This document shows, in pieces, positions 62,454 to 64,000 of a DNA stretch of 64,000 bases. The notes below the pieces were generated by a model, which was not told where the DNA came from, did not search any database, and saw only the letters and a program-made list of their open reading frames with translations. The stretch is from Rickettsiales bacterium (GTDB lineage: Bacteria; Pseudomonadota; Alphaproteobacteria; Rickettsiales; SXRF01): positions 560,630 to 624,629 of the forward strand of contig CAXRIF010000003.1 in the NCBI GenBank assembly GCA_964231325.1, written 5' to 3'. Positions within the stretch are counted from its first letter, which is position 1; each line of letters opens with the position of its first letter. The translations under genes and the position numbers were made by a program.

Positions 62454-63677
62454 ATGAAACTTGATGCCTATCTAGCGAAAACTAACAAATCTATAGAAGA
62501 GCTTGCCAAGGAATCCGGCATTTCGGCGCAGGCTATCTATAAATATGTGCGTGGTGAACGCACACCGCGTAAGGCATTTCTAGCAAAGCTGGCAGAAGTA
62601 ACGGATGGCGAGGTGACGGCCAACGACTTCCTTGACCTGCCAGAAACATCTGCCCCACAGGAGAAAAAGAAAAATATGAGCAAAGCACAACTGCACAAGC
62701 TGCCAAAAAGCGCGCCTGTGACCAAAGAACTCGCCCTGAAGCTCTATCATGAAATGCTGCTTATTCGTCGTTTTGAGGAAAAAGCGGGTCAGCTATACGG
62801 CATGGGACTGATTGGTGGTTTCTGCCATTTATATATCGGGCAGGAAGCGGTGGTGACCGGTATGCAGGATTGCATTACGCCGGATGACGCGGTGATTACC
62901 AGCTATCGCGACCATGGTCATATGCTTGCTTGCGGCATGGACCCTAAGGGTATTATGGCAGAGCTGACCGGTCGTGTGGATGGTTTTTCCAAAGGTAAGG
63001 GCGGCTCAATGCATATGTTCTCTACTGATAAACATTTCTATGGTGGGCATGGTATTGTGGGCGCGCAGGTGCCGCTGGGAACGGGCATTGCCTTCGCCCA
63101 TAAATATCGCGGCAACGGTAATCTTTGCCTGACCTACTTTGGCGATGGCTCGGTGAATCAGGGGCAGGTTTATGAGTCATTCAACATGGCGAGCCTGTGG
63201 AAACTGCCAGTGATTTACATTATCGAGAACAATGAATATGCGATGGGAACGTCGGTGAAGCGTTCGCACTCCACTACCGAGCTTTATCGCCGTGGTGATG
63301 CGTTTGGCATCCCGGGTAAGCAAGTGGATGGTATGGATGTGTTGGCTGTGCGTGAAGCTGGGATGGAAGCGGTGGAATATGTGCGTAGTGGCAAAGGGCC
63401 GTTCCTGCTGGAAATGAAAACCTATCGTTATCGCGGGCACTCTATGTCTGATCCGGCGAAATACCGCACCAAGGAAGAAGTACAAAACTATAAAGAAAAG
63501 CACGACCCGATTGAGGGCATGAAAGCGTGGATCATTAAACAAAAATTTGCCAGCGAAGATGAGCTGAAAGACATCGACAAAAAGATCAAAGCCATTTCTG
63601 CCGAGGCGGCTGAGTTTGCCAAAGAGTCTCCGGAGCCGGATGAGTCCGAATTGTGGACTGATGTGGTGGTGGAATGA
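62454..63677 (+). CDS. pdhA: pyruvate dehydrogenase E1 subunit alpha with an in-frame N-terminal Cro/YdaS-like HTH extension (a canonical-length product would start at ATG 62676)
   Basis: E1-alpha motifs LIRRFEEKAGQLYGMGLIGGFCHLYIGQEA, FGDGSVNQGQ, YRYRGHSMSDP. The upstream 74 codons are in frame with no stop and read MKLDAYLAKTNKSIEELAKESGISAQAIYKYVRGERTPRKAFLAKLAEVTDGEVTANDF. Confidence 0.9.
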   Translation: MKLDAYLAKTNKSIEELAKESGISAQAIYKYVRGERTPRKAFLAKLAEVTDGEVTANDFLDLPETSAPQEKKKNMSKAQLHKLPKSAPVTKELALKLYHEMLLIRRFEEKAGQLYGMGLIGGFCHLYIGQEAVVTGMQDCITPDDAVITSYRDHGHMLACGMDPKGIMAELTGRVDGFSKGKGGSMHMFSTDKHFYGGHGIVGAQVPLGTGIAFAHKYRGNGNLCLTYFGDGSVNQGQVYESFNMASLWKLPVIYIIENNEYAMGTSVKRSHSTTELYRRGDAFGIPGKQVDGMDVLAVREAGMEAVEYVRSGKGPFLLEMKTYRYRGHSMSDPAKYRTKEEVQNYKEKHDPIEGMKAWIIKQKFASEDELKDIDKKIKAISAEAAEFAKESPEPDESELWTDVVVE

Positions 63678-64000
63678 ATTTAAACGCACATTATACGAGT
63701 GTCGCGGTGGAGTTGCTGAAGCTTTCCAGCCAGGAAGGTGCTGATAAAGCCGGGTGTCGTGCTGCAGCTAACTTTATCGAAGGGCGTTTGATGAAGCCAG
63801 AGGTTCACGAGGCGTTCGATCGATTGGAACGTGCTCACCAAGAGGACTATGCCTTGTCGGAGCAAATCAAAAAAGATGGCAAGATGTCGCTGGTGGTAGA
63901 TGACAAAGGTGGCTATGCGCATGTGACGGTGAAGCTTGATAGTAGTGTGTCGCAGCAGCAAGCCGAACGTTTTTTTAATCTTTCTAATGCTATTTATGAC
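63674..64000 (+). CDS. hypothetical protein, 5' part (runs off the right edge)
   Basis: Manual translation from ATG 63674, which overlaps the pdhA TGA as ATGA: MNLNAHYTSVAVELLKLSSQEGADKAGCRAAANFIEGRLMKPEVHEAF... The frame is open for 109 codons to the window end. Confidence 0.5.
   Translation, partial: MNLNAHYTSVAVELLKLSSQEGADKAGCRAAANFIEGRLMKPEVHEAFDRLERAHQEDYALSEQIKKDGKMSLVVDDKGGYAHVTVKLDSSVSQQQAERFFNLSNAIYD

Overview
This is a 64-kb chromosomal window from an alphaproteobacterium. That call is an inference from gene content and order: tpiA-secG-pyrG-kdsA ... eno-ftsB-pdhA, ppiD-trpE-trpG-trpD, etfBA, clpSA, a HIG1-type small protein, and a Tad/Cpa pilus locus. By eye the GC content is moderate.

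The window holds:
- a nearly complete Tad (Flp) pilus locus at 1.4-12.8 kb, with no flp pilin or prepilin peptidase gene;
- a cobalamin riboswitch upstream of a btuB-like TonB-dependent receptor;
- a 23S-5S rRNA operon with its own promoter(s) and no 16S gene upstream. Unlinked 16S is known from Rickettsiales-like and other host-associated lineages;
- many ordinary housekeeping genes.

The most unusual property is that this conserved backbone is interrupted at gene junctions by about 20 ORFs with no motif I can recognise. They are mostly hydrophilic, helical and Ala/Glu/Lys-rich, and several carry signal peptides or membrane anchors.

The best candidates for follow-up are:
1. A Cro/YdaS-like HTH module fused in frame to pdhA.
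2. Two divergent paralogous ~300-aa type IV pilin-like genes with no assembly genes nearby.
3. A carbamoyltransferase plus two unknown genes inserted exactly between kdsA and eno.
4. A tight three-gene orphan operon next to an arylsulfotransferase-like (ASST-like) beta-propeller protein.
5. motB translationally coupled to a secreted trypsin-like protease.
6. A promoter-to-terminator unit that looks like an sRNA or leader, in the accessory islet after the 5S gene.
7. A lipoprotein plus exported DUF4258-like pair.
8. An XRE-HTH/S24 repressor at the end of the trp operon.

I saw no CRISPR array, transposase, integrase or tRNA. All functional calls come from motif recognition by eye and from gene context. 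No database search was run.
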